From the IMG/VR virus record IMGVR_UViG_3300002859_000001, positions 1 to 34,880 of that record: 34,880 nucleotides of DNA. One strand, given 5' to 3'. The position numbers and the translations under genes are program-made. Shown here one piece after another: positions 17,234-26,554 of this stretch; within the stretch, counting starts at the first letter, position 1, and each line of letters starts with the position of its first letter. This DNA comes from a virus. Below the pieces are notes generated by a model that saw only the letters and a program-made list of their open reading frames with translations, was not told the DNA's origin and searched no databases.

Positions 17234-18370
17234 TTATGCAACAACGATAGTCGCGTTTCCAGCCTTCTTCGCCTTGTTGTCGTCGACGTCGACTTCTGCA
17301 ACGGTGATCTTGTGGCCGTTAGTTGCCGCGATTTCACCAGAAGCGGGAAGATCGGTCCAGCCAGTGGTCAGAACGTCGTTATAAGCGACGGCCGGCGCGG
17401 TAGTAGTAGCGGTCTTATAAACCAGCTTACGTCCAGGAAGCGCCACTTCTGCGACGGTAATGATTGTGTTTCCGGCCGCGTCTGCGTCAGCGGAAGCCAC
17501 GGTCAAGGTTCCAAGAGTGCCGGCGCCCTTCTCATAGAAGAAGATCAGGTCAGGGGTAAGGGCCTTTGTTCCGTAGTCGTAGAACATAGCCACGCCGTAG
17601 TCATTGGAAAGAGGAATCTTTTCAGGGTCCTTGTAAGGATAAGTCACGACAGGCTGTGCGATCGCGCCTTCGATCATCAGAACCGCGTCAATTCCGTTAG
17701 GAAGGTAAACGCTGGAATAAGTTCTGACGCCGTGGAAGATCGCGAAGTCTTCGGCCGCTGTGTCAACGTTTGCGTTGTTCGCGCTCTTATCCAGATAGTT
17801 TCTGATTTCACCGTAGAAAGAAGGGGAACACACAAGACGCATAATGCTTCTCGGAATACCTCTGACATAGTCGTTCTTCACGGTTTCAAGTTTCTGGATC
17901 ATGTCTTCCAGTTTCTTTTCAATCGTATCCATACCAGAAGCGGGTTCATAGGATACGCCAGAAATAACGCCAGTCTGGAAGAATGCTTCGTCAAGTTCTG
18001 CGACAACAGTGTCGACGTGGTTGTCTGCACGTCTGGCCATGATGTTTCCGACGCCGAAAGTGTCAAGGTCGAACTTCGCGGCTTCTTCAACGATCTCTCT
18101 GTGCTGGTCAAGGTTTACAGTAGTAGGCGGAACGGTCAGTTTGTCACCGGCTCCGGCGGTTCTTGCTGTTCCGTATGCCTTCGAAGCGCTGTTCTTGAAT
18201 CTCTTGAATTCAACAGAACCAGCGGCGGGGTTTCCAGTGTAGGCCTGGGACTTCAAGCCACTGGACAATGTTTCCTTCTGGATATTTTCGATCACAAGAC
18301 CGGAAATTTCTTTCAGATCGACTTTAGTCGAACCGGACTGGATCAAGGAAATTGCTTTTGTTCTTGCCAT
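17234..18370 (-). CDS. Major capsid protein with C-terminal Ig-like extension
   Basis: 378 aa after the scaffold gene. The last ~90 aa (TLTVASADADAAGNTIITVAEV...GHKITVAEVDVDDN..ATIVVA) look like a beta-sandwich decoration domain. Confidence 0.75.
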   Translation of the reverse strand: MARTKAISLIQSGSTKVDLKEISGLVIENIQKETLSSGLKSQAYTGNPAAGSVEFKRFKNSASKAYGTARTAGAGDKLTVPPTTVNLDQHREIVEEAAKFDLDTFGVGNIMARRADNHVDTVVAELDEAFFQTGVISGVSYEPASGMDTIEKKLEDMIQKLETVKNDYVRGIPRSIMRLVCSPSFYGEIRNYLDKSANNANVDTAAEDFAIFHGVRTYSSVYLPNGIDAVLMIEGAIAQPVVTYPYKDPEKIPLSNDYGVAMFYDYGTKALTPDLIFFYEKGAGTLGTLTVASADADAAGNTIITVAEVALPGRKLVYKTATTTAPAVAYNDVLTTGWTDLPASGEIAATNGHKITVAEVDVDDNKAKKAGNATIVVA

Positions 18371-18408
18371 TGTTAATCAATCCTTTCTTTTTTCAAAAGT
18401 AGTTGTTC

Positions 18409-18993
18409 TTAGAAGATAACAGGGCCTTCCGGCGCGGCTTTTGCCGGTGGATTGCCGGGTTCGGCGGGTTTTGCTCCCTTGATGCCGGGATTCTGATCCG
18501 GCGCCTTGAAAAGATAGGCCTTGCTTTCCTTGATAGGTTTCAGGAAGCCGTCAAGGTCTGTCTTTAAGGTCCCGGAATCGTCCACGTCGATTTTGTCAAG
18601 GTCCAGAAGGGAAATGATGTCGGCCGGGTCGTGTGCCTGGCCAGCAAGCGCCATTTTTAACGCTGTGTTCTTCTGGATTTTCTTGATCTCTGTCGTGTGG
18701 TTCGTTTGAAGGGTGCTGATCGTTTCCTGGGCGGTCTTCACGTCGTCGGCGATCTTTGCGGGATCACCAGAACCACCGATCGCTTTCAAGGCGTCAGCGG
18801 CGGCTTTCAGCGCTTTTTCTGCGCTTGTGGACTGTGTCTTCACGGCGTCGAACTTATCAGCCGGGACGAACGTTCCGTCATTGCCGACCACCAGATCGAC
18901 GTCCTTTCCGTCTTTGCCCTTGCCTTTCAACGCTGTTTCGACCTGGTTCGCCAGGTCTTCCCCCAGAATAGTTTTGATACTTTCGTGGATCAT
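18409..18993 (-). CDS. Scaffolding protein (GP20-like); start at MIHESIK
   Basis: AAAGGAG RBS before ATG 18993. Helical, charged, Ala/Lys-rich. Lies between the Mu F-like and capsid genes. Confidence 0.7.
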   Translation of the reverse strand: MIHESIKTILGEDLANQVETALKGKGKDGKDVDLVVGNDGTFVPADKFDAVKTQSTSAEKALKAAADALKAIGGSGDPAKIADDVKTAQETISTLQTNHTTEIKKIQKNTALKMALAGQAHDPADIISLLDLDKIDVDDSGTLKTDLDGFLKPIKESKAYLFKAPDQNPGIKGAKPAEPGNPPAKAAPEGPVIF

Positions 18994-19109
18994 GATTGGC
19001 TCCTTTCGTTCCGCTATTTTTAACGTGACTTCCACACGCTTTGCGGCTCCGTCTGTTCGCCGGACGGATACGGCGTATTTTGTTTATGAAAAAACGCCAG
19101 TGAAGGCGT

Positions 19110-20177
19110 TCAATCAACAGTAATCACTTGATTTCTTTTGCTATCAGATGATTTCTTTCGCTTTATGCCGTTAGCTTCGGCCCACTCTGAATAGGTCATG
19201 TTCTTCGGCATTGTCTTTCCTGAATTGAACCAGTCCATTTCGTCGTCTGGATCATATTCGACAGTTGTCGATCTGCAATTCGGGTGCATAGGCGGGAAGT
19301 TTGTTCCTGGCCTTGCTTGCGAAAGGGGGAAGTGTTTCCCGTCCAGACTGGCGCAAATTTCACTTGTGCGGCTGTCCAGCGTCGCGACGTATTCATATTC
19401 TTTGACGCCGGCGGCCCTGTAAGCGGCCTTTTCGGCTTCGTTGTGAATATGGTTCGTTTCCGTTCTGATAAGCCGTTCAGCGTTCTTGTAGGACTGGCCC
19501 ATTTTGTCGGACATTTCCTTCGCCATAATAACGACACCTTTTCCCTGGATCAATCCCTGGGTCGTGATCTCCCGAAGATGAAACAGAAGGGCCTGTTTGT
19601 TCTGCCACAGCCGATCCGAAAACATGGCGCCGGACCAGGGGTAAGAAACAACGCTTTCAATCATGCCGGCGTTAATCTTTGCGAATTCATTCAGGAATCC
19701 AGCGCGGCTTTGTAGATCAAAAACCTTGTGATAATAGCTTTCGGTGAAGTTTTCGCCGAATTCCGCTTTCATCTGTTGGACGCCCTTTGTGAATAGGTCG
19801 TTCAGGATCATGTCGATCTGGCTGTGTAGGGCTTCCAGGCGCGTTATAGAACTGTTTGTCGACAACGCGTCAAGCTGTGCTGTCAATAGCGACTTAACGC
19901 GCGGATCGGGTTCCTGTGCGATCCTGGTGACGTATTCCGCCAGGCTTGCCTTCCATTCCTGGAATTCCTTTTGATTTAGAAACTTGACAGCCTGTTCATA
20001 AGTCAGGCCATACTTGCCGGCATACCTGGAATAGAAGTCGTTGACTTCCTTCCTGATAGCCTTCGCGGCTCTTTCATATTCCATGAAGGTTTTCAGCGAC
20101 AGACCAGCCCCGCGAAGATAGGCTTCATTTTCGCGCGTCAGGGCGCGCTGTAACCAGTATTCTTTACTGTTCGTCAT
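19110..20177 (-). CDS. Head morphogenesis protein (SPP1 gp7 / Mu F-like)
   Basis: ATLDSRTSEICASLDGKHFPL ... PPMHPNCRSTT is the signature of the Phage_Mu_F family. Follows the portal gene. Confidence 0.85.
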   Translation of the reverse strand: MTNSKEYWLQRALTRENEAYLRGAGLSLKTFMEYERAAKAIRKEVNDFYSRYAGKYGLTYEQAVKFLNQKEFQEWKASLAEYVTRIAQEPDPRVKSLLTAQLDALSTNSSITRLEALHSQIDMILNDLFTKGVQQMKAEFGENFTESYYHKVFDLQSRAGFLNEFAKINAGMIESVVSYPWSGAMFSDRLWQNKQALLFHLREITTQGLIQGKGVVIMAKEMSDKMGQSYKNAERLIRTETNHIHNEAEKAAYRAAGVKEYEYVATLDSRTSEICASLDGKHFPLSQARPGTNFPPMHPNCRSTTVEYDPDDEMDWFNSGKTMPKNMTYSEWAEANGIKRKKSSDSKRNQVITVD

Positions 20178-21654
20178 TTATACCACCGCCGTTCCCGTTA
20201 TCGCCTTTATTGGCTCCGGCATTGGCGCCCAGTGCTTCGTCGAATAGGCCGTTCCCGAATTCCTCCATAGCCTTTTTCTTTTCTTCGTCTATCCAGGTCA
20301 GTTCTTCTTCGACGTCCTGAACCCACGGGTGATTTTGAAGCTGTGTGCGCTTCGAAATGATCCCTTCGCTGTTGCGGACGTTGCTGATCACGTCGGTTTC
20401 GTTGACAGGCATATCCACGTTGAATATAACGTCGAACTGTTCCTTCGTGAAGTCGCCTTTCCCGGTTAACTGGAAATAGACGTCAATGAACAGTTTCAAG
20501 CGCTGGAATGTGTCCTTCAATTCGTTCCCCAGGGATACACAGTCTGCGTCAAGGTCCATGTATCGGAAATTGATTGCCGTTCCGGAAGCATTCCCCAGGT
20601 CTGGGTCCTTTGTGTCGACAGCGGAAGCGAAGTCGAACACGTCCCGGCGCTGTTTGTCCAGGAAGGCCATGACGGCGTCAATATTCAGATCGGCCTGTAA
20701 TTTATCAACGCCACCGTCAGACGTGACTTTGATCGCCAGGTGTTCTTTTAGATCGCGGATAAATTCGCCCAGGTCCTGGCCACCGTAGTTTTTCAGGATA
20801 TAGATGAATTTTGCCACGTCACGAAGAACGTCGGCCGTTACTGACGTCTGCCAGTTTATATCGTCAACCAGGTCTTTGATGAAGTAACAAAGGGGAAGTT
20901 CTTCTTCGTTGTATTTCAGCCAGGCGATAGGGACTTCTTCCCAGTTATAAGCCTTATTTCCGACGACGAAGTGGCTTTCCGTGTAGTCGTTCGATTCGTC
21001 GCCGTGATCCTTGTCGACGTGGAAGTCTGCCGATCCAGTTCCGCCGAACCCGTCAGTCTTGAACCACTTCACGCCGCCAGAAAACCAGAATTCCGCGTGT
21101 GTGATCGTCTGCTTCCTGTTCCCGATATAAATGATTTGGTCATAGAAGCGAATGAAGGCGTCCATTTTGGTTCTTTCTGCGTCACGCCATAGCGGGATTA
21201 GTTCAGTCGAAGGAACGCGCATGAAGGCCAGTTTCCCATTGTCAAAATAGGGCTGTATCCATGCAATGCCGGACTTGACAGCGCCTTTTCCCAGGCTCTT
21301 GATCTTGCGCCTGAACGTAGGATCGAAGACGTCGTTCAGGGCGTCGCCGTATTTCTTATTACCAGTATCAACGGACCAGGGCTTCGAAAGAAGATAGTTC
21401 GCTTTCTGGTCTACCAGCTTTTTCAGGATCGGGTGTTCAATCTTCGTATTCGAACGATTGGCGACGTCGTTTGTTTTCCTCTGGACGTCTGACCTGTTCC
21501 TGTAATACTGTTCAGCTTCGACCATGATCTTGTACTGTTCAGAACTCTTGAATTCTTTTATTTCTTCGCCGACGATCTGGGCCAGTGACATAGTCGTTTT
21601 TGTTGGGTCATTCAGGATCATATTGATCCGATCCATGACGGATAAGTCAAACAT
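20164..21654 (-). CDS. Portal protein (SPP1 gp6-like)
   Basis: 496 aa directly after terL. Acidic, Gly/Asn-rich C-terminus. Confidence 0.8.
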   Translation of the reverse strand: MFDLSVMDRINMILNDPTKTTMSLAQIVGEEIKEFKSSEQYKIMVEAEQYYRNRSDVQRKTNDVANRSNTKIEHPILKKLVDQKANYLLSKPWSVDTGNKKYGDALNDVFDPTFRRKIKSLGKGAVKSGIAWIQPYFDNGKLAFMRVPSTELIPLWRDAERTKMDAFIRFYDQIIYIGNRKQTITHAEFWFSGGVKWFKTDGFGGTGSADFHVDKDHGDESNDYTESHFVVGNKAYNWEEVPIAWLKYNEEELPLCYFIKDLVDDINWQTSVTADVLRDVAKFIYILKNYGGQDLGEFIRDLKEHLAIKVTSDGGVDKLQADLNIDAVMAFLDKQRRDVFDFASAVDTKDPDLGNASGTAINFRYMDLDADCVSLGNELKDTFQRLKLFIDVYFQLTGKGDFTKEQFDVIFNVDMPVNETDVISNVRNSEGIISKRTQLQNHPWVQDVEEELTWIDEEKKKAMEEFGNGLFDEALGANAGANKGDNGNGGGINDEQ

Positions 21655-21664
21655 TCTTTACACC

Positions 21665-22936
21665 TCACTTTAAGACTTCGATTGATGAACCGCGACGGAT
21701 TCTTTCGACGGAATAACGAAGGGCCGCCATTGCGTCGTCCATGAATTCGACTGGTTCGTCTATATACAGGCCCGAAGTCGGGTCCTTTTTCCACTTCCAT
21801 TGTTGAATCTCTTTCAAAGTGTTCACGCAAGAAGGGTGAATGTGTATCTTGCGGCCTTTTAGGAAGTCGATCTGTGCTTTGACGCTTCCCTGTTCCTTTT
21901 TCACGGGATAGGCCCTGAATCCGGCTTTCTGCCAGGTCTTGATTCTGTCTGGCTCTGCCGAATCGCAAAACATTTCCACGCGGTGATCAACCTTTGCCGT
22001 CCTGGCCAGGCTGATAATTTCTTCCGTGTCCTTTTCGAAGCAATAGACTTCCGAACAGATATACAGTTCGCCGTCCTTTTGTCCGACGCCCAGGATCGCG
22101 TTCGCGTGGTTGAATCCGAAGTCCTGGCCATAATAAAACGCGTCGAAGTTTTCGCGCGTAGTGGGGAAGGTATGGACTTCAAAATTCGTAATGATCAGGC
22201 CGCCAAGTTCGCCCCATTCGCCCAGGCCATAGACGCGATAGCCTTCCGGGTCTTCCGTGGCTCTGCGCTCCATACGACGGAAATAACCGGCGTCAATGAA
22301 GCGGTTCGCCTTATATGTGGAATGGTGCGTCAGAACGTCCGAATCCTTCTTGTCGAAATATCGTCCCTTGATCCAGTGCGTAGCGCTGACAGGGTTGAAG
22401 GTCATTGTGATCTGATAGAACAGATTCGGGTTTAGATCGTCCAGATTACCACGAAGACGGTCGTCCAGAATGTCAATATCTTCGGAAAGAAGTTCTGTGG
22501 CTTCCTCAATCCATATCCACACCAGTTTCCCGCGTTTGAATGTAATTGATTTCACCTTCTCGCGTTGTCTTTGGTCCTTGACGCCGCGAAATATGACCTT
22601 GTTTCCTGTGATTCTGCATTCCAGGGCAAGGGGATTCAGGTTCACCTTCCAGAATTGGTCCGCATACTGGCCAAACATTCTATAAATGGCCGCTTGTAAT
22701 TCTGCGAAGGTACTGTCGCGGTTCGTTTCTTCGATCTTACGAACGACAAGAAGGTTCGCGCCGGCATAGGCCGGATCGGACAGCTTCGCGATATAGTCCT
22801 GGGCGATATTTACCGACTTCCCTGAACCGGCTGATCCTTTTAATATCCGGTATCTGGCACGGCTTTCGTTTACGTTACGGAATACAGGGTTAAACTGTGC
22901 CGCCGACCTGACTTCAATCTTCGCCGCCATAGTCAT
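21665..22936 (-). CDS. terL: Terminase large subunit (PBSX/XtmB-like)
   Basis: Walker A LKGSAGSGKS near the N-terminus, 423 aa, preceded by terS. Confidence 0.9.
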   Translation of the reverse strand: MTMAAKIEVRSAAQFNPVFRNVNESRARYRILKGSAGSGKSVNIAQDYIAKLSDPAYAGANLLVVRKIEETNRDSTFAELQAAIYRMFGQYADQFWKVNLNPLALECRITGNKVIFRGVKDQRQREKVKSITFKRGKLVWIWIEEATELLSEDIDILDDRLRGNLDDLNPNLFYQITMTFNPVSATHWIKGRYFDKKDSDVLTHHSTYKANRFIDAGYFRRMERRATEDPEGYRVYGLGEWGELGGLIITNFEVHTFPTTRENFDAFYYGQDFGFNHANAILGVGQKDGELYICSEVYCFEKDTEEIISLARTAKVDHRVEMFCDSAEPDRIKTWQKAGFRAYPVKKEQGSVKAQIDFLKGRKIHIHPSCVNTLKEIQQWKWKKDPTSGLYIDEPVEFMDDAMAALRYSVERIRRGSSIEVLK

Positions 22937-23411
22937 AGTTGATCACCACCGTAACAGGGATATTCGCTTCCGGGTTATCCTTGAACATTCCCAGGTGTTT
23001 TCCGCATAGTTCAAGGGCTTTCAGCTTATCAGCCAGGCGGATTTCTCTTTCAACGCCTTCGCCGTCTGCTGTTGGAATAGTCTTGACCTTTACGGAAGCG
23101 ATCGCCGCTGTGTCGTCTTCGGAAGCGCTTTCTGATATTGTCGCGCTATCGAAGTTAATGACGTCAGCCGCGTTCACGAATGCGATCCTGGCGATCTCAC
23201 GAAGGACGCGGTCAGCGTTGATCCCAGTCCTTTTCGATCTCTCGGCCAGGGCTTCATCTATACGCGCGCGAATTTCAGGTTTTTCAAGGTTTTCACTTCC
23301 TATTGATCCCGCGCTTTCAACGCTATAACCGGCGCGAATCGCCGCCTGTGTGGCGTTTAGATCAATCAGGTATTCTTCACAGAAGACTTTTTGTTTCTTC
23401 GTCAATGCCAC
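22914..23411 (-). CDS. terS: Terminase small subunit (Terminase_2-like)
   Basis: LTKKQKVFCEEYLIDLNATQAAIRAGYS is the classical N-terminal HTH of this family. Confidence 0.9.
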   Translation of the reverse strand: MALTKKQKVFCEEYLIDLNATQAAIRAGYSVESAGSIGSENLEKPEIRARIDEALAERSKRTGINADRVLREIARIAFVNAADVINFDSATISESASEDDTAAIASVKVKTIPTADGEGVEREIRLADKLKALELCGKHLGMFKDNPEANIPVTVVINYDYGGED

Positions 23412-23459
23412 GATTCATCACCGACCTTTCTTTTGAGCGATAAAATAACCGGACAACAG

Positions 23460-23490
23460 AAAAAAGACGCCTGAAATTGACGTCTTTTTC
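23460..23490 (-). terminator. Intrinsic terminator between the early operon and terS
   Basis: aagacg-N11-cgtctt hairpin. On the minus strand it is followed by a T-run (ttttttctg). Confidence 0.55.
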
Positions 23491-23513
23491 CGTGTCCTTT
23501 ATGAAAAAGGAGG

Positions 23514-23532
23514 GGGGAATGGGCTATTCCCC
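23514..23532 (-). terminator. Second hairpin upstream of terS (ggggaat-gggct-attcccc)
   Basis: 7-bp perfect stem with a 5-nt loop. On the minus strand it is followed by cctcctttttc. Confidence 0.4.
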
Positions 23533-23576
23533 ACATACTACTTTAAGGCATGATAAACATATAAACAATGGCGTAC

Positions 23577-23596
23577 ACTTGCAATCACTTGCAATC
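23577..23596. repeat. Tandem 10-bp repeat acttgcaatc x2 at the 3' end of the late-regulator gene
   Basis: Read directly: acttgcaatcacttgcaatc. Confidence 0.8.
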
Positions 23597-24110
23597 AAAT
23601 TCTAACGGCTTTTCCAGTCTTACGGTGAAGGCTTTCGTTCTCACTCATTTTCAATCTGTTCACCAGGGAAGCGATCGCCGCGTTTCTTCTTCTGGCTATC
23701 GTGGAAACGTCAACTTCCAGGGCTTCGGCCGCTTCTTCGTATGTACGTTTCGGATAATAGAGGGTAAGAAGGACACACTTTGATTTTGCGTCCAGACAAA
23801 GAACGTGTTGATAGACTGTTTCGATCTGGCGCTTTCTTTCTTCCAGTGGTGCGATTGCCCTTTCTGATCTCTTTTGGCGCCGCTCTATGGCTTCCATCAT
23901 TCGGATCATTTTTGCGTCTGGGTCGTTGGAAGACTGAACGCGGATCGTGTCATATCTCACCGACGGAAAGACCCTGGCCCGTATTTCTTCCAGGTCTGCT
24001 TCCAGTGCGGATTTTTCTGCGTCGATCTGATATTCTATCGTCCTGATCTCTTGCGTGTGATTTTGAAGTATGTCTTCTATGTTTTTCCGGATTCTTTCTT
24101 CTGCGGCCAC
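23595..24110 (-). CDS. Sigma-70 region-4-like phage transcriptional regulator (late activator candidate)
   Basis: C-terminal LTLYYPKRTYEEAAEALEVDVSTIARRRNAAIASL is a region-4-type HTH. It is the last gene before the terminators and terS. Confidence 0.6.
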   Translation of the reverse strand: MAAEERIRKNIEDILQNHTQEIRTIEYQIDAEKSALEADLEEIRARVFPSVRYDTIRVQSSNDPDAKMIRMMEAIERRQKRSERAIAPLEERKRQIETVYQHVLCLDAKSKCVLLTLYYPKRTYEEAAEALEVDVSTIARRRNAAIASLVNRLKMSENESLHRKTGKAVRI

Positions 24111-24145
24111 GTCGCTTCCCTCCCTTCGCCGGAATGTTCACCAGA

Positions 24146-24544
24146 TCAGAACGGAAGATCATCATCTTCCCCGTCGACAGGTATGAAGTCTCCGTTCGCG
24201 ATTGCGTCTTCGACAGGGCTTCCGGATTGCCCGTCTGACTTCCTTGAATCCGCGAAGTAAACTGAATCGGCTATGACCTCGACGGCCCCGTGTTTCTTCC
24301 CGTCGTCGTCTTCCCAGGTGCGGGTCTGTATGCTTCCGACCAGGGCGATTTTTGATCCTTTCACGAAATGCTTCGCGCAAAATTCGGCCGTGTTCCTCCA
24401 AGCTATGACCTTTATGAAGTCGGCTTTGTCCCTGTTGAAACGCCTGTCAATGGCGATCGTGAACGAAGCAACGGCTGTTCCGCTTTGTGTATATCGTAGT
24501 TCTGGGTCCCTTACAAGGCGTCCCATAAGCTGACATTGATTCAT
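24146..24544 (-). CDS. ssb: Single-stranded DNA-binding protein
   Basis: OB-fold N-terminus (LMGRLVRDPELRYTQSGTAVASFTIA) and the canonical acidic tip DDDLPF. Confidence 0.9.
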   Translation of the reverse strand: MNQCQLMGRLVRDPELRYTQSGTAVASFTIAIDRRFNRDKADFIKVIAWRNTAEFCAKHFVKGSKIALVGSIQTRTWEDDDGKKHGAVEVIADSVYFADSRKSDGQSGSPVEDAIANGDFIPVDGEDDDLPF

Positions 24545-24684
24545 GTGATTCCTCCTAACATGTATTTATAATTGTATGGCTTGAATTTCGGCCCATTTTA
24601 GCCCCGTTGTACCTTTGGAGTGGTAAACGTACCATTGCGACATTTGCGTCGCTCCTGGGCCGTCCTGGGCGTCCTGGTGGGGTC

Positions 24685-25062
24685 TTAAAACTGTTTCCCG
24701 TGTTTATATGGACGGGTTTCGTTGTAGGCCATTTTTTCAGCTATTACTTTTTCAAGATCAATCCCCAGGTGTCCGCAAAGGTCCGCGATCCTGATCACGG
24801 CGTCCGCCAATTCCACAGCCACGCCTTCGGGCTTTTTAGAACATTTAGTCGGCGCGCTTGCGACATATCCGCCGCCGCTATAATAAACCATAGGGACGGG
24901 TTGTCCTGGCCTAATCCTGTTTCCGGCTCTCATTTCTTCCAGGGCTTCGGAAAGTTCGCTGTGGATAAGTGCGATCGTGGTCCCAAACTCTGGCGCCGGC
25001 TCCCAGAAGCCGTGTTCCTTTGCTGTTTTGTGTGCTTTGTGGATAAGTTCCGAAATATTCAT
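24685..25062 (-). CDS. MazG-like nucleotide pyrophosphohydrolase (start at MNISELI)
   Basis: ALIHSELSEALEEMR ... VELADAVIRIADL is the EEXXE-type MazG helix pattern. Confidence 0.65.
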   Translation of the reverse strand: MNISELIHKAHKTAKEHGFWEPAPEFGTTIALIHSELSEALEEMRAGNRIRPGQPVPMVYYSGGGYVASAPTKCSKKPEGVAVELADAVIRIADLCGHLGIDLEKVIAEKMAYNETRPYKHGKQF

Positions 25063-25076
25063 GGTTTTTCCCTTTC

Positions 25077-25436
25077 TTATACAAAGTTTTTCGGCGGTGT
25101 CGGAACGGTCTGTCCGATCGGGCGCCATAGGTGTAAACAATATTCGTGATTGTTGACGTATTCGCTTTCGGGCGGGTGATACTGAACGACCGTTTCTTCC
25201 GGTTCAAAGAACATAGCTTTGATCTGGCACATTTCTTCCCACGTCGGACAGGTTTTCCGCTTCTGATTGCAAGGCGTGACGCTGACGTGTTCCCAGGCGC
25301 CGCCGTTGCTTGCTATCACATAGAAGGACCGTCCGTTCACGAAGACCTTGAAGGCCCCGTTGTGTTCGTCGCCATTATTCCCGAATATATGTCGAACGTC
25401 TTGTCTATACTTGTTTAAGTAGTTCAGATTTTTCAT
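25077..25436 (-). CDS. Conserved hypothetical phage protein
   Basis: 119 aa. GGAWEHVSVT...CPTWEEMCQIK...CLHLW recalls a recurrent prophage family of unknown function. Confidence 0.45.
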   Translation of the reverse strand: MKNLNYLNKYRQDVRHIFGNNGDEHNGAFKVFVNGRSFYVIASNGGAWEHVSVTPCNQKRKTCPTWEEMCQIKAMFFEPEETVVQYHPPESEYVNNHEYCLHLWRPIGQTVPTPPKNFV

Positions 25437-25795
25437 TCTTCCAGGCTCCTTTCTGCGTCCTCTGGCGTCAGGAATACAATTCTACCAATGTCTTTTTCTG
25501 TAAGTTGAAGCATGAAAAAGTTTTTGCTTATATCGCCAAACAGTGCGTTGAAATAGATACAGTCGCCGATCCCTATGTACTGGACGGTTCCTTCCTTTAC
25601 CTTTCTTCGACGTATAATATAAACCTTCCCGCCAATGGTCACAGGAGGGAATATTCCGCCAAGCGTTTTCAAGTCCGCCAGAATGTCGCGCGCCAGGTAG
25701 TCGATCACGCCTTTCCCGATTTCGAACCTGAACTTCTTTTCGTCCGCGTGATAGGCTATTCGATCTTTTATCCTCTTGATCATTTCTTCGCTCAT
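25433..25795 (-). CDS. Hypothetical protein
   Basis: 120-aa ORF, translationally coupled on both sides. Confidence 0.4.
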   Translation of the reverse strand: MSEEMIKRIKDRIAYHADEKKFRFEIGKGVIDYLARDILADLKTLGGIFPPVTIGGKVYIIRRRKVKEGTVQYIGIGDCIYFNALFGDISKNFFMLQLTEKDIGRIVFLTPEDAERSLEE

Positions 25796-26286
25796 TTTGT
25801 CACCTCCACAACGTATAATTTGACTGTTTGTCGGCCAAATTGAAGGGCTTCTTCGTGTGATTCGAAATAAATGTCGATCGCGTTTCCTTTGACAGCGGCG
25901 CCTTTGTCCTGGACGGTTCGCGTTCCGTATCCTTCTATGAAGACTACCGTTCCGACGGGGAAGACGGACCAGTCAGCGGCTATCGTGACGCCTTCCTGGG
26001 CGATTGCTCCGCTTGCTGTGTAGACGATCCCGTCCGGGCGATTCAGCGCCCATTTGCCGCAACATTTTTCACAAGGACAATAAGCCGTCGCTTCAACTTC
26101 GATCCATTCCGGTTCTTGTGGTTCTGGTTTTTCTGCGATCCTTAATTCCTGGACCTGTGGTTTTTCTGTCGTTGCCATGACTTCGGTTTCTTCCGGCTCT
26201 TTTGGCAATCCAGAAAGAAAAGTGGCGGCCATGATCAGCACGAAAACGACCAAAGTGATTTTAGTTCGTCTATTCATCAGCGCCAC
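25792..26286 (-). CDS. Signal-anchored 3D-domain protein (RlpA/MltA-like double-psi barrel)
   Basis: N-terminal TM (ITLVVFVLIMAATFLSG), a Pro/Glu linker, then EATAYCPCEKCCGKW...TASG...IAAD...PVGT...DKGAAVKGNAIDIYF, which is typical of 3D domains. Confidence 0.7.
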   Translation of the reverse strand: MALMNRRTKITLVVFVLIMAATFLSGLPKEPEETEVMATTEKPQVQELRIAEKPEPQEPEWIEVEATAYCPCEKCCGKWALNRPDGIVYTASGAIAQEGVTIAADWSVFPVGTVVFIEGYGTRTVQDKGAAVKGNAIDIYFESHEEALQFGRQTVKLYVVEVTK

Positions 26287-26554
26287 CTTCCTGGGCGGCC
26301 CTGGCGGCCATGATTTCCATTGACCGAAGGAACGTGTATTCAGAAAAAGCTAACTGTCCGATCATTTCTTCGGTTAGGATGACAAGGTATTCGTCGCCGT
26401 AACCGTCTTCGCCGTATGTACGACCGGCGCGCTCGTTGATGAATTCCAGCTTTCGCCTTGCGTATCTCTCGGCCTTTTCAAAGAAGGCGGGGCATATTTC
26501 AGCCCCGATCCTTTCTTCGACGGCCGCCTTTAAGTTAAAAGTCGTCGTCTTCAT
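26270..26554 (-). CDS. Hypothetical protein (start at MKTTTFNL; longer ORF-track version overlaps target 2)
   Basis: 94 aa. The ATG at 26554 overlaps the end of the upstream gene by 20 nt. Confidence 0.4.
   Translation of the reverse strand: MKTTTFNLKAAVEERIGAEICPAFFEKAERYARRKLEFINERAGRTYGEDGYGDEYLVILTEEMIGQLAFSEYTFLRSMEIMAARAAQEGGADE

Noticed and set aside
24545-24684. The intergenic region between MazG and SSB, with a cgtcctggg repeat and small stems, as a possible ncRNA or origin.
   Set aside because: Only short (4-5 bp) stems and a 9-nt near-repeat are present. I could not define a convincing structure, iteron set or promoter by eye.
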